From Myxococcales bacterium (GTDB lineage Bacteria > Myxococcota_A > Polyangia > Palsa-1104), in assembly GCA_028287105.1 (NCBI GenBank), contig JAQBQH010000073.1, positions 1,963 to 65,962 on the forward strand: a stretch of 64,000 nucleotides of DNA, in the 5' to 3' direction. Both the position numbers and the translations under genes were made by a program. This document shows, in pieces, positions 17,357-27,582 of this stretch. How positions within the stretch are numbered: position 1 is the stretch's first letter; each line of letters starts with the position of its first letter. The notes beneath the pieces are model-generated. The model saw only the letters and a list, made by a program, of their open reading frames with translations, did no database searches and was not told where the DNA came from.

Positions 17357-17920
17357 ATGAAATCGCGAATCGCGTGCTTGGCGGTAGGGGTGGGGGCGTT
17401 GGCGCTGGCTGGTGCTGCGAGCGCGCAGCAGCAAGAGGAGCAGCCGCAGACACGGCAGCCGTCGAGCCAGCCGGGCAATCTGGCGCCGGCCGATCGACAG
17501 TTCCTCCAACAGGCGTACAGCATCAACCAGGGGGAGGTGAAGCTGGGCGAGGTCGCAAAGCGCAAGGGCACGACGGACGAGGTGAAGAACTACGGTCAGC
17601 TCATGATGTCCGATCACACCCTGGCGCTGAAGGAGCTCCACCAGTTTGCGGACAAGGCGAACGCCAAGGTCCCGAGCCAACTGCTCCCCGAGCAGCAGCG
17701 TGCGTATGAGCAGATGTCGAAGCTCTCCGGCGCGGAATTCGACAAGGCCTATATCGACCACATGGTCACCGGACACGAGGCCGCGATTGGCGCCTTCAGC
17801 AAGGAGGCGCAGTTCGGAAAGAATCCGGTGCTGAAGGATTACGCGCAGAAGACGCTTCCGATGTTGCAGTCGCACGAAGGCATCGCGAAGTTCGATCAGT
17901 CTCACCCGAACGAGCCGTGA
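17357..17920 (+). CDS. DUF4142 family secreted protein
   Basis: AAGGAGG RBS, signal peptide, DRQFLQQA...EVKLGEVA...YGQLMMSDH, FDKAYIDHMVTGH, KTLPMLQSH. Confidence 0.9.
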   Translation: MKSRIACLAVGVGALALAGAASAQQQEEQPQTRQPSSQPGNLAPADRQFLQQAYSINQGEVKLGEVAKRKGTTDEVKNYGQLMMSDHTLALKELHQFADKANAKVPSQLLPEQQRAYEQMSKLSGAEFDKAYIDHMVTGHEAAIGAFSKEAQFGKNPVLKDYAQKTLPMLQSHEGIAKFDQSHPNEP

Positions 17921-18438
17921 GCCGCTCGGCTCCGACGCACGCGATGGCGGAGCAGCCGTTCGCGCCAGACAAAGAGCAGGATGCAGAGCGGCGGCAACGC
18001 CAGCGGCGGCCACTGCGCCAAGAACGGCGGCGGTGCCGACCCGACCGGCAGCTCACACGAGACCGTCGCGCTATCGCTTTGGTGTCGTACCGCGATGGTG
18101 AGCTGCCATGTGCCGGGGGCGGGCAGCTCGAGGAGCGCGGCCTGCAGGAGGCGGTTGCTTGCGGCGGCGTGGGACGGCGCCAGCATGCGCGTCGTTCCAT
18201 CGGGCGCGCGAACGCGCAGCTCTACCGTCGCGTCGAGCAGCACCGCGGCGGCGGCGCCACGCTCCAGCACCAGCACGCTCACTTCGGCGCTGCCGACGCG
18301 TAGCGGCTCGGGCGCGGTGAACAGGGCGATCACGAACGGGCCGGCCGCCCGCGTCAGGCGCAGCGTTCCGCCGTCGGCGAACGCGGGTGCTTCCGACTGC
18401 AAGAGAAGAGCGGCGAGCAGGATCGCCCGCCACCTCAC
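17902..18438 (-). CDS. Hypothetical exported protein with C-terminal membrane anchor (FixH/YtkA-like fold possible)
   Basis: GTG start overlaps the upstream stop; signal peptide, GPFVIALFTAPEPLRVG, LPAPGTWQLTI, C-terminal TM helix. Confidence 0.65.
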   Translation of the reverse strand: MRWRAILLAALLLQSEAPAFADGGTLRLTRAAGPFVIALFTAPEPLRVGSAEVSVLVLERGAAAAVLLDATVELRVRAPDGTTRMLAPSHAAASNRLLQAALLELPAPGTWQLTIAVRHQSDSATVSCELPVGSAPPPFLAQWPPLALPPLCILLFVWRERLLRHRVRRSRAAHGSFG

Positions 18439-20546
18439 GTCGACATCCCGCGCATCTGCATCGGCGAAAGAAGGGTCCACACCCCCACGACCCACAGCGC
18501 GGCGGCGAAGGCTGCGAAGGGTAGATATCGCGGCGGTGTGCGCGCGATCTTCCAGCCGACGTACAGAGAGGCCAAGAGCCCGCCGTCGAGCAACAGCAGC
18601 TCGACGCTGACGAGTCGATCGGGTGCCACGCCCGCGCAGGCGAGCGACCACTGGGGATCGCCGAAGCGGAGCAGCCGTTGGACGACCGGCCATAGTGAGC
18701 GCCAACCCGTGGCCAGGTGAAACGCGAGATGCGCGGCCCACATGCCCATCCCGAGCGGTACCAGCGCCAGCGCGAGCCGGCAGAAGAGCGCGCGGCCGAG
18801 CGCCTTCCGGCCCGCCGCCAACAGCGCCGACGCGATCAGGAGGCCGACGAGGACGAGGCGCGCGGGCTGGGTCGAGCGGACCATGATCGCCGCGGTGCCG
18901 AAGGCGGCGATCACGACGACCAGTGCCAGGAGCGCCACGTCGAGCCGCTGCGACAAGCGGCCGAGGGAGGCGACGCCGTGGTCACGCATGAGGAGGCGGC
19001 CGGGCGCGACGGCTACGAGGCCGATGTTGTCGTGCGGACACGCCTTGACGCAGTCGAGACAGAAGGTGCAGTCGAGGTTGCCCACCTTGCGCGGCAGATA
19101 GAGGTCGAGCTCGCAGCCGCGCTGCCCTGCGTTGCCGCGCAGGCAGTCCTTGGTGTCACAGTCGGCGCAAACGACCGGCAGGCGCACCTTGACCTCGAGC
19201 GGCGAGAGGAGCGAGCCCACGAACTGGAGCTGGCCTACCGGGCAGACGTATTTGCAGAAGCTGGCGCCGCGCACCAACGAGTCGATCGCGAACGCGGCCA
19301 GGAAGTACGCGATCACCAGCATGGCGGTGGCGCGCGGCGAGTCCCACCAGCCGAACCATTCCTGGGCGACGAAGAAGGCGGCCAGGAGCCCGACGGCGAG
19401 CCATTTTCCGCGCAGCGCCCGCGGCCAGGTCCTCGTCGCCTGGCCGAAGCGCCGGCCGAGCTCGCGCGGCAGCGTGAACGGACACGCCATGCAGAAGAAG
19501 TTGCCGGTGGTGAGGAGCGCGACCACGGTGAGCGCGCGCCACCAGATCCACGGCACGATACCCGCCAGGTTCATCGGCGCTGCCCGTGGCCCATGCAGCC
19601 CGTCGACGATCACCAGGATCGCAACGGCCAGGCTCGCGGTCTGCAGCAGGCGACGGCCGTGGCGCGCGCGCAAGAGCCAACCCACCATCGGTGCGCGCAG
19701 AAGGTCGAATTGCTTGGGCGGCATGATCGCAGTCGAAGCCGCGCTCGGGCGCGCTCGGGCGGCCGCGGGCGGTGAGAGCCAGCGAACGCACAGCACGATC
19801 GCCGGCGCGAGAAACACGAGCGAGCCGGGGACCCACATGATCACGCCGGCGGCGATCTGGTCGTCGAGCGCCGCCATGTCGAACAGCCGCGGCACCGTCA
19901 GATACGACGCGTACAGGACGCGATCGGAGAACACGAGCAGCGCCGCGAGCGCGCTGTTCTGCAGGTCCGCCAGCAAGAGGCACGGTAGGATCGCCCAGCG
20001 CGGCTTGCGCGCGCTCATCACGGGCCACCAAAACAGCAGCGCTGCGCCGAAGAAGCTGGCGTGCTCGAGCCGATGCCACGCCGGCGAGCGCAGCGCCAAC
20101 TCGTAGCTCCGCGGCACGTGCCAGGCCCAGGTCGACGCCGAGAGCACGACCAACCCGACGAACGGACGCCGAAGCGCGCGCGCGATCCGGGCGAGCGCCG
20201 GCGACGCGAGAAACGGCCCCAGCAGCTCGCGCGCCAGCGACGGCGGCAGCCCACGCAATGACGCCCGCGCCGGCGCGCCGAGCAACAGTAGCGGCGGCGC
20301 GATGGCGAGCAACAGCAGATGCTGCACCATGTGCGCGCTGAGCAGAAACCGCGCGAGCGCGTCGATGGGAGAAGCCACCGCCAGCGTGAGCGCGCCGAGA
20401 CCAGCGACGAACGCGTAGAGCCGCCACGCCGGCCAACGGAGCCGACGCCAGCCGCGTGTGTAGACGATGGCCGCCGCGACCAGACCACCGGCGAGGCCCG
20501 GCGGAAACGACCAGGACGAAAGCAGCGCGCGCGCGACGCCCGACAC
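18435..20546 (-). CDS. caa3-type oxidase assembly factor (CtaG-like) fused to a membrane polyferredoxin (NosR/FixG/FesM-like) domain
   Basis: SAHMVQHLLL, WAWHVP, DQIAAGVIMW (CtaG); FFCMACPF, FCKYVCPVG, CADC, CTFCLDCVKACP (4Fe-4S). Confidence 0.85.
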   Translation of the reverse strand: MSGVARALLSSWSFPPGLAGGLVAAAIVYTRGWRRLRWPAWRLYAFVAGLGALTLAVASPIDALARFLLSAHMVQHLLLLAIAPPLLLLGAPARASLRGLPPSLARELLGPFLASPALARIARALRRPFVGLVVLSASTWAWHVPRSYELALRSPAWHRLEHASFFGAALLFWWPVMSARKPRWAILPCLLLADLQNSALAALLVFSDRVLYASYLTVPRLFDMAALDDQIAAGVIMWVPGSLVFLAPAIVLCVRWLSPPAAARARPSAASTAIMPPKQFDLLRAPMVGWLLRARHGRRLLQTASLAVAILVIVDGLHGPRAAPMNLAGIVPWIWWRALTVVALLTTGNFFCMACPFTLPRELGRRFGQATRTWPRALRGKWLAVGLLAAFFVAQEWFGWWDSPRATAMLVIAYFLAAFAIDSLVRGASFCKYVCPVGQLQFVGSLLSPLEVKVRLPVVCADCDTKDCLRGNAGQRGCELDLYLPRKVGNLDCTFCLDCVKACPHDNIGLVAVAPGRLLMRDHGVASLGRLSQRLDVALLALVVVIAAFGTAAIMVRSTQPARLVLVGLLIASALLAAGRKALGRALFCRLALALVPLGMGMWAAHLAFHLATGWRSLWPVVQRLLRFGDPQWSLACAGVAPDRLVSVELLLLDGGLLASLYVGWKIARTPPRYLPFAAFAAALWVVGVWTLLSPMQMRGMST

Positions 20547-20553
20547 GCGCGTC

Positions 20554-22071
20554 CTAGCGGCCCGGCGAAGCCGCGTTCCGGCCGGGCGAAGCCGCGCTCG
20601 GCGGGAGCGCTGCCTCGGCAGGATTGCGCGCAGGCGAGAGCCCATCTCCTCGCAGCGTCTCGAGGAACGACACCAGCGCCGTCACCTCGGGCGGGCTCAA
20701 GTTCTTTCCGTAGGCAGGCATGTTGCCGCCGCCCTGCAGCACCTGGCGGATCAGCTCGTCCACTGTGAGCCGCGACGCCACCTCGTCGAGCGCCGGGCCG
20801 CGCCGCCCCCCCATGCTGTCGAGCGCGTGGCAGTTGCGGCACTGCTTGTTTTGCAGCACCAGCGCGCCCTGTCGCTCGAGCGGCGAGCGCCCCTCGAGGT
20901 AGCGCGCCGGCACCGGGGCGCCGCTCCATGCGTTGGCGACCGGCGACCACGGCGTCGTCTGGCCCAGCCGGGTGAGCGCCGCGAACGAGACGCCGACCAG
21001 GAGCACGGTCAAGACGGCGAGCGGCCGCCGCCGCCAGCTCTTCTCGCCGAAGCCGGAGAGGAGCGGCAAGACGAAGAGGACCCCAATCCCGATCACCGGC
21101 GCCGTCAGGAGCAGCGGCGTCTCCAGGTTGCGCGGCAGCAAGGAGAGCGCGGCGTAGAGCCAGAGGAAGAAGAAGTCGGGCCGCGGCGTCGTTTGGATGA
21201 TCGTCGGATTGGGCGGCCCCGACGGGCCGAACGGTCCGAACAGCGCCGCGCAGCCCAGCACCGCCAGCACCGCCAAACCCGCGGCGACCAGATCGCGCTG
21301 GAAGGCATCGGGCACGAACGGGATGCCGTCCTTCTGCACCAGCTCTTCGTAGTCGTGCAGGTAGCGGTCGCGCGTGACCAGCCGCCCCGGCATGGGCCAC
21401 TCGTTGATGCCGAGCGTGAGCACCATGAGCACGTGCAGCCCGGCGAGCGCGAGCAGCAGACCCGGCACGATGAACACGTGCAGCGAGAAGAAATGCGACA
21501 GCGTGTCGCCGGCGATGATCGGTCCGCCGAGGAGCAGGTGCACCAGGCGCGCCCCGACGAGTGGCACGCGGCCCATGATCGAAGCGCCGATGCCGAGTCC
21601 CCAGTAGGCGTCCTGGTCGAAGCGCAGTACCTGCCCGGTGAACGCCATCCCGAGCGTGAGCAGGAGTAGCAGGACGCCGGTCATCCAGGTCAGCTCGCGC
21701 GGATACTTGAACGCGCCGAAGAGGAAGACCTGCACCATGTGAATGAGGACCAGCGCGACCATGAACGTCGAGCCCCAGCCATGCACCGCGCGCAGGAACC
21801 AGCCGCCGGGCTCGTCGTGGTTGAGCGTCTGCAAGCTGTTCCACGCCTCCGCCGCCGACGGGACGTACGAGAAGGCGAGCACGACGCCGGTGACGATCTG
21901 CAAGAGGAACAGCACGAAGGTGACGCTGCCGAACACGTAGAACCAGCTCGCCGTCGAGCGCGGTACGCGGTGGCGGGCCACCTCACGGATGGTGTCGGCG
22001 AGCTGCAGACGGCGATCGAGCCAGGCACCGAGGGCGCGAATCAGGCGCACGACGACCCCGCAGGGGGACAT
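20554..22071 (-). CDS. Cytochrome b of a Rieske/cytochrome b complex fused to a C-terminal cytochrome c
   Basis: RAVHGWG...LIHM, FFSLH...LAGLH haem ligands; Qo motif RPDFF; CRNCH...GNMPAY. Start codon uncertain. Confidence 0.92.
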   Translation of the reverse strand: MSPCGVVVRLIRALGAWLDRRLQLADTIREVARHRVPRSTASWFYVFGSVTFVLFLLQIVTGVVLAFSYVPSAAEAWNSLQTLNHDEPGGWFLRAVHGWGSTFMVALVLIHMVQVFLFGAFKYPRELTWMTGVLLLLLTLGMAFTGQVLRFDQDAYWGLGIGASIMGRVPLVGARLVHLLLGGPIIAGDTLSHFFSLHVFIVPGLLLALAGLHVLMVLTLGINEWPMPGRLVTRDRYLHDYEELVQKDGIPFVPDAFQRDLVAAGLAVLAVLGCAALFGPFGPSGPPNPTIIQTTPRPDFFFLWLYAALSLLPRNLETPLLLTAPVIGIGVLFVLPLLSGFGEKSWRRRPLAVLTVLLVGVSFAALTRLGQTTPWSPVANAWSGAPVPARYLEGRSPLERQGALVLQNKQCRNCHALDSMGGRRGPALDEVASRLTVDELIRQVLQGGGNMPAYGKNLSPPEVTALVSFLETLRGDGLSPARNPAEAALPPSAASPGRNAASPGR

Positions 22072-22601
22072 TCGCGACGCGCGGACTCCGACAGCGTCGG
22101 CAACCGGCCGGCGAGGATGACGAGCGCGCCGCGTTCAATCTTGTGGCGGTACTGCCACAGGCCGCGCGGCGGCGGACCGCCTGCGAGCGAGCCGTCCTCG
22201 TAGTAGACCCCACCATGGCAGGGGCACAAGAACAGGGCCGACTGGGCGAACCAGCGCACCGGACAGCCGAGGTGCGCGCAGTTGATCGCGAACACCTGGA
22301 ACTGATTGCCGCGGATGTGCCGCACCCAGCAGGGGATGTCGGCGGTCTCGCCGTCCCATGGGTGCCGGAACGGGTTGGTGAACGTCGCCAACCTCGTCTG
22401 TCCCTCGGGGAACTGCTCGAGCGGCCCGAGCGTGACCCACGCCTGGTCGGAGCGCATCGCTTGCTTGCGCGCGGGCGCGAGGAGGTAGCGCACCACCGGC
22501 GTGAGAAGAAGCGCCGCCGCCGCGCCGTTGATGAGAAGGCCCAGCCGGAGCAGCATGCCACGACGAGATGGGGGCCTTTCGTTCTCAGGTGAACGATCCA
22601 T
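22041..22601 (-). CDS. Rieske iron-sulfur subunit
   Basis: SRRGML Tat motif; CAHLGC and CPCHGGVY boxes; GPPPRGL. Confidence 0.92.
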   Translation of the reverse strand: MDRSPENERPPSRRGMLLRLGLLINGAAAALLLTPVVRYLLAPARKQAMRSDQAWVTLGPLEQFPEGQTRLATFTNPFRHPWDGETADIPCWVRHIRGNQFQVFAINCAHLGCPVRWFAQSALFLCPCHGGVYYEDGSLAGGPPPRGLWQYRHKIERGALVILAGRLPTLSESARRECPPAGSSCA

Positions 22602-22612
22602 GGCTCTTCTCC

Positions 22613-23338
22613 TCAGCGGCTGCGGGCATGGGGCCTCCCCGGAAATTCCTGGCGGTGCGAGATCAGCCACGCCACCACGTCGGCGATCTGTTGCGACGCG
22701 AGCGGACGGCCCGGCACGTCGCTGCGCCAGTCGGGTTGGCCGATCTCTGGCCGGCCGACGATCACCAGTGTGCGCAACGATTGAGCGCTCACGAGCGCGA
22801 GATAGGAGCCGTCGACGATGGAGCGCGACTTCGGCCCATCGCTGCCGTCGGAGCCGTGGCAGCTCGCGCAGAAGGTTGCGAACACGCCGGCGCCGCGTCG
22901 CGCCTCGCCGTCCGGACCGACGTAGGGCGGCGGCGTCTCCGAGAGCGTCTCGGCCCGCGCCCAGTGCGTGCGAATCCCGCGGGCGATGACGTCGACCTGA
23001 CGGTCGGTCAGCCCGCCGCCGGCGCTCTGGGCGAACGCCGGCATGCTGGTCCCTGCCACGCCGGTGGCGATGATCCGACGCAGGGTCTGGTCGTCGGCGA
23101 TCGCGAGATACACGACGTTGTCGAGGCCGAGCGCCGCGCCGCCGCGACCGTTCTCGCCGTGGCAGCCGGCGCAGCTCGACGCATAGAGCGCCGCGAAGTC
23201 CTCGACCTTCGACGGCTGTCCCTCGAGACTGACGCCCTTCGGCTGCCCCGGCAGCGTGCAGCCGCCGCCGCCCACAATAACGACGACGACGACGAAGGCG
23301 AGAGCCCCGACGACGACGATGGCCCGGGCGCGCGTCAT
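22613..23338 (-). CDS. Di-haem cytochrome c (probable lipoprotein)
   Basis: Hydrophobic leader ending GGGC; CAGCH...GTSMPAF and CASCH. Confidence 0.88.
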   Translation of the reverse strand: MTRARAIVVVGALAFVVVVVIVGGGGCTLPGQPKGVSLEGQPSKVEDFAALYASSCAGCHGENGRGGAALGLDNVVYLAIADDQTLRRIIATGVAGTSMPAFAQSAGGGLTDRQVDVIARGIRTHWARAETLSETPPPYVGPDGEARRGAGVFATFCASCHGSDGSDGPKSRSIVDGSYLALVSAQSLRTLVIVGRPEIGQPDWRSDVPGRPLASQQIADVVAWLISHRQEFPGRPHARSR

Positions 23339-24165
23339 GGCCGCCGGCCTGTTTCGAGGCCGATGCGCTCGGCGAACGGCTCGCTCTGGCGCGTGTGGAT
23401 GCGCAGGCTGCGCGACACCACCACGCCGGCCGCGAGGCCGAAGCCGATCTGCGAGACGAGGAACCAGCCCCAGTCGATTCGCCGGGCCAACACCGGATTG
23501 ATCATCCCGATGGTCGGATACAAGAGCGCCGACCACGCCAGCGGCGCCACCAGCCCACCGGCCAGCACTGGGCGGCGCGAGAACATCGGCAGCAGCATGC
23601 CGTAGAGCGTGCCGACGAGCAGCGACGTCACGCCGTGGATGAGCGTACCGAACAAGAGCGCCCAGCCGTCGAAGGCGCTCAGCTCCTCGGTGGTGGCCCT
23701 GAGCTCGGGCCTGTAAAACCCCGCGACCAGAATGTTGATCGGATACCAGACGCCATGGTGCGAGATGACGCCGTAGATGGCGGCGGTGAGCGCCATGACC
23801 ACGCCGCCGGCGATTCCGCCCTTGATGCCCGCGGAGACGGGAAAGATCTCGACCGGCAGCCGTGCGCGGTGCTCTCGCTCCGCGATGCGTGGGTGCGTCG
23901 TCGGAGGACGCGGCTCGATGCGCGGCTGCCCCTCGGGCTCGATCGGAATCCGGACGCTGCGCTCGACGGGCAGCACCACGCGGAACCAGCCGACTGCGCC
24001 GGCAACGAGCAGTACCGCGCCGAGCAGGCTCACCTCGCCCGCGGTCACCAGCCCGGCGCCCAGGAGCGTGGCGCCGAAGGCCATGGTGAGCGGCCAGGCC
24101 GTCGGCGCCGGCACCTCGATCTCTTCGGGGCCGCCCGTCGCTTCCGTGCGCTCCGTCGCCTCCAT
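23335..24165 (-). CDS. Multi-pass membrane protein with oxidase subunit IV-like N-terminus
   Basis: VPAPTAWPLTMAFG N-terminal pattern, about 6 TM helices, coupled within the operon. Confidence 0.7.
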   Translation of the reverse strand: MEATERTEATGGPEEIEVPAPTAWPLTMAFGATLLGAGLVTAGEVSLLGAVLLVAGAVGWFRVVLPVERSVRIPIEPEGQPRIEPRPPTTHPRIAEREHRARLPVEIFPVSAGIKGGIAGGVVMALTAAIYGVISHHGVWYPINILVAGFYRPELRATTEELSAFDGWALLFGTLIHGVTSLLVGTLYGMLLPMFSRRPVLAGGLVAPLAWSALLYPTIGMINPVLARRIDWGWFLVSQIGFGLAAGVVVSRSLRIHTRQSEPFAERIGLETGRRP

Positions 24166-24170
24166 CGCCG

Positions 24171-24761
24171 TCACCGTCCAATCACGTAGACGACGCTGAA
24201 CACGACGATCCAGACGCAGTCGACGAAGTGCCAGTAGAGCGCGAGCACCTCGACGTGCTCGGTGTAGCGACGGTGCAGCTTGCCGAAGAGCGTGAGCATC
24301 AACACCGTCGTCAGAAGGACGAGCCCGACGGTCACGTGGAACGCGTGCAGCCCGACGAGCGAGTAGTAGGTCGTGCCGAACAGGTTGGTCGCCGGCGTGA
24401 GCCGCTCGTGGTGGACGAGCCGGGCCCACTCGCGGCCGGTGCCGGCGAGGAAGAGGGCACCCAGCGCCGCCGTGGCGCCCCACGCGACCGCGAACGTAGC
24501 CAGGCGTCCCCGGCGCAGCGCCCGCACGGCCCACGCGATGGTCCCGCTCGACGACAGGAGGCAGATGGTGTTCGCCACCGGCAGCGAGAGCGCCTGCTCG
24601 GGCGTCGGCCCGTAGGGGCTCTTTCCCAGATAGAACAGATACGCGACGACGAAGATGACGAACATCGCGCTCTCGGCGACGATGAAGCACACCATTCCGA
24701 CGCGATTGCGCGAGGGGAGCTCCCACCCGGCCTCGCCGGCGACGACGGCGGCTTGGTTCAT
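24171..24761 (-). CDS. ctaE: Cytochrome c oxidase subunit III
   Basis: FIVAESAMF, NTICLLSSS, YSLVGLHAFHVTVG, YWHFVDCVW. Confidence 0.92.
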   Translation of the reverse strand: MNQAAVVAGEAGWELPSRNRVGMVCFIVAESAMFVIFVVAYLFYLGKSPYGPTPEQALSLPVANTICLLSSSGTIAWAVRALRRGRLATFAVAWGATAALGALFLAGTGREWARLVHHERLTPATNLFGTTYYSLVGLHAFHVTVGLVLLTTVLMLTLFGKLHRRYTEHVEVLALYWHFVDCVWIVVFSVVYVIGR

Positions 24762-26455
24762 TCGTACACCCAGTCGGGATCTTCGGGATGCTTCAGATCC
24801 CACAACGGGCGCCGGCTGCGCACCGTCGGCACGACCGCGAAGTTGTATTCCGGCGGCGGCGACGACGTCGACCACTCGAGCGTCCACGCGTCCCACGGAT
24901 CGGGGCCCGCGAGCTTGCCCTTGTGCAGGCTGCGCACGAGGTTGACGAGGAAGCATGCGACGCCCGCGGCCTGGAAGAAGGCGCCGATGGTGATGACGAG
25001 GTTGAGGGTCTCCCAGCCCCGTCCCGGCTCGTAGGTGTAGATGCGGCGGGGCATGCCGAGCAGCCCCGGGATGTGCATCACGGTGAAGGTGAGATGGAAC
25101 CCGACCAGGAACAGCCAGAAATGCAGCTTGCCCAACTTCTCGTCGAGCATCCGACCCGTCACCTTGGGGAACCAGTAGTAGAAGGCGGCGAAGACGGTAA
25201 AGAGCAGCGACCCCACGAGCATGAAGTGGAAGTGCGCGACCACGAATGTGGAGTCGGTGAGCTGCCAGTTGAAGGGCACGGCCGCGAGCATGATCCCCGT
25301 CAGCCCGGCGATCAGGAACTGGCCGATGAACGCGATGCAAAACAGCATCGGTGTGGCCAGGCGGATCTTGCCGCCCCACATCGTGCCGATCCAGTTGAAG
25401 ATCTTGATCCCCGTCGGGATGCCGACCAGCAGCGTCGCGACCATGAAGAAGGTGTTCGCCGTCATCGACATCCCGACGGCAAACATGTGGTGCGCCCACA
25501 CGCTGAGGGAGACGAAGCCGATGGCGATCACCGCGCCGACGAGGACCGGGTAGCCGAAGATCGCCTTGCGCGAGAAGACCGGGATGATCTCGGAGGCGAA
25601 CGCCCAGCCGGGAATCATGAGGATGTAGACCTCGGGGTGGCCGAAGATCCAGAAGAAGTGCTGCCACAAGACGGCCGAGCCGCCGGCCTGGGTATCGAAG
25701 AAGTGGGCGCCGAGGAAACGATCGGCGAGCAGCATCAGCTGCGCCGCCGCCAGCGGCGGGACCCCAACCAGCACCAGCACCGAGTCGACGACGTAGAACC
25801 AACACAGAAGGGGCAGTTTGCCGAGCGTCATCCCAGGGCAGCGACGGCTGAGGACGGTGGTGATGATGTTGACGGCGGTCCCGATGGAGCCGACGCCGGA
25901 GAGGAAGATGGAGAGGATCCAGTAGTCCGTCGAGTGCCCGCGCGAAAACGCGCGCGAGGTCAGGGGCGCGTAGGCGAACCAGCCCACGTCGGGCGCACTG
26001 CCGGCGCCGTAGAGCCCCTCGGCGCCGAGAAAGCTGAAGTAGAGGAGGAGCCCGGCGAATGCGCTCATCCAGAAGCTGAACGCGTTGAGCCGGGGGAAGG
26101 CCATGTCGCGCGCACCGATCATGAGCGGCACGAGGTAGTTGGCGAAGCCGAAGATCAGCGGCATCCCGACGAAGAACACCATCGTCGTGCCGTGCAGCGT
26201 GAACAGTCGATTGAACGTCTGCGGCGCGAGCAGCGTATTGTGCGGCGCCACGAGCTGAAGCCGGATCAAGAGCGCCTCGCTGCCGCCGATGAGGAGGAAC
26301 AGGAGCGCGTAGAGCACGTACATCACGCCGAGGCGCTTGTGGTCGACGGTAACGATCCATTCGTGAAGCCGCTGCCAGAAGCGCGCCTCGACCTCGCGCG
26401 TCGTGACCGCGGCTTCGCCCGTCATGGCCGTCGTTCGTGGCGCTGGAACGCCCAT
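24758..26455 (-). CDS. ctaD: Cytochrome c oxidase subunit I (A1 type)
   Basis: DHKRLG, HGTTM, DMAFPRLN, WIFGHPEVY, WAHHM, PTGIK, VVAHFHF, GMPRR. Confidence 0.96.
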   Translation of the reverse strand: MGVPAPRTTAMTGEAAVTTREVEARFWQRLHEWIVTVDHKRLGVMYVLYALLFLLIGGSEALLIRLQLVAPHNTLLAPQTFNRLFTLHGTTMVFFVGMPLIFGFANYLVPLMIGARDMAFPRLNAFSFWMSAFAGLLLYFSFLGAEGLYGAGSAPDVGWFAYAPLTSRAFSRGHSTDYWILSIFLSGVGSIGTAVNIITTVLSRRCPGMTLGKLPLLCWFYVVDSVLVLVGVPPLAAAQLMLLADRFLGAHFFDTQAGGSAVLWQHFFWIFGHPEVYILMIPGWAFASEIIPVFSRKAIFGYPVLVGAVIAIGFVSLSVWAHHMFAVGMSMTANTFFMVATLLVGIPTGIKIFNWIGTMWGGKIRLATPMLFCIAFIGQFLIAGLTGIMLAAVPFNWQLTDSTFVVAHFHFMLVGSLLFTVFAAFYYWFPKVTGRMLDEKLGKLHFWLFLVGFHLTFTVMHIPGLLGMPRRIYTYEPGRGWETLNLVITIGAFFQAAGVACFLVNLVRSLHKGKLAGPDPWDAWTLEWSTSSPPPEYNFAVVPTVRSRRPLWDLKHPEDPDWVYE

Positions 26456-26474
26456 CGCTGCCTCTCTCTTCGTC

Positions 26475-27443
26475 TCAATGAAGCGTCAGGAGAAACTGGA
26501 CGAGTTGATCGATCTGTTGCTCGGTCAGCTTCATTGCCGGCATGTGCGCGCCCGGCTTGATGCCGTTGGGATCGCGAATCCAGGCACGCAACGTCTCCGG
26601 CGACAGCGGGGCGGCGCCCGCGGCGAGCGTCGCGCGGCTCATGAGGTGCGTGAGGTCCGGCCCGTATCGTCCGTTTCCGACGGTCCCTGCAACCGAGTGG
26701 CAGTTGATGCAGGCGTTGCTTTCGAACACGCGCCTGCCGGCTACCACCGCGTCCAGCTCGGACGGGACCTGCGGGTCGCCCTGCCTCTGCGCCTGCGCCC
26801 ATCGCTCGAACTCGTCGCGCGGGTGCACGTAGACGCGCAAGAGCATCTTGGCGTGCTGGGTGCCGCAGTACTCGGCGCACTGGCCCACGTAGACTCCCGG
26901 CGCGGTCGGCGCGATCCACATGTGATTGACGCGATTGGGAATGAGATCCGTCTTACCGGCGAGGCGCGGCACCCAGAAGCTGTGCGCGACGTCTGCCGAG
27001 AGCAGCGTGAGCCAGGTCGGCGTCGGCGCCAGTGGGTCCGAGACCGGCACGTGGAGCTCGTTGGCGGTCACGATTCCCAGCCCCGGATAGCGGAGCTCCC
27101 ACCACCACTGATGGCCGATCACGATGACGTCGATCGCGTTCGCCGGCCGCGTCACTCCCTGAATCGATTGAATGACTCGCGCCGTGGTGAGCGCGAGCAC
27201 CAGGACGATGAGGACGGGCACCACCGTCCACGCGGTTTCGAGCTGATTCGAGCCGTACACTTGCGGCGGCTCCCGTCCATCATCCGTGTCGCGGCGACGG
27301 AAGCGCACCACCGCAACGATGGTGAGGCCGAAGACGACGAAGAAGATGGCTCCGGTCACCGCGAGGACGAACAGCGATAGCTCGCTCGTCCGGCTCGCCG
27401 GTGCGGAGACTGCGGCGAATATATTGGCTGGCGCGTCCCCCAT
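26475..27443 (-). CDS. ctaC: Cytochrome c oxidase subunit II with fused cytochrome c (caa3 type)
   Basis: HQWWW, DVAHSFWVP, CAEYCGTQHAKM CuA site, CINCH. Confidence 0.95.
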   Translation of the reverse strand: MGDAPANIFAAVSAPASRTSELSLFVLAVTGAIFFVVFGLTIVAVVRFRRRDTDDGREPPQVYGSNQLETAWTVVPVLIVLVLALTTARVIQSIQGVTRPANAIDVIVIGHQWWWELRYPGLGIVTANELHVPVSDPLAPTPTWLTLLSADVAHSFWVPRLAGKTDLIPNRVNHMWIAPTAPGVYVGQCAEYCGTQHAKMLLRVYVHPRDEFERWAQAQRQGDPQVPSELDAVVAGRRVFESNACINCHSVAGTVGNGRYGPDLTHLMSRATLAAGAAPLSPETLRAWIRDPNGIKPGAHMPAMKLTEQQIDQLVQFLLTLH

Positions 27444-27582
27444 TCGTCCGGCGGAACGTCGGCACGATCGTGCGGCTACCTAGAACGCTCTTTCGTCGAC
27501 GCAGCGCTCGTAAGCGGGGAAAAGCGCAAATTCAGCTGGGTTCCGTCGAGGACTTCACCGACTCCGGACAAGGCGACAGGGG

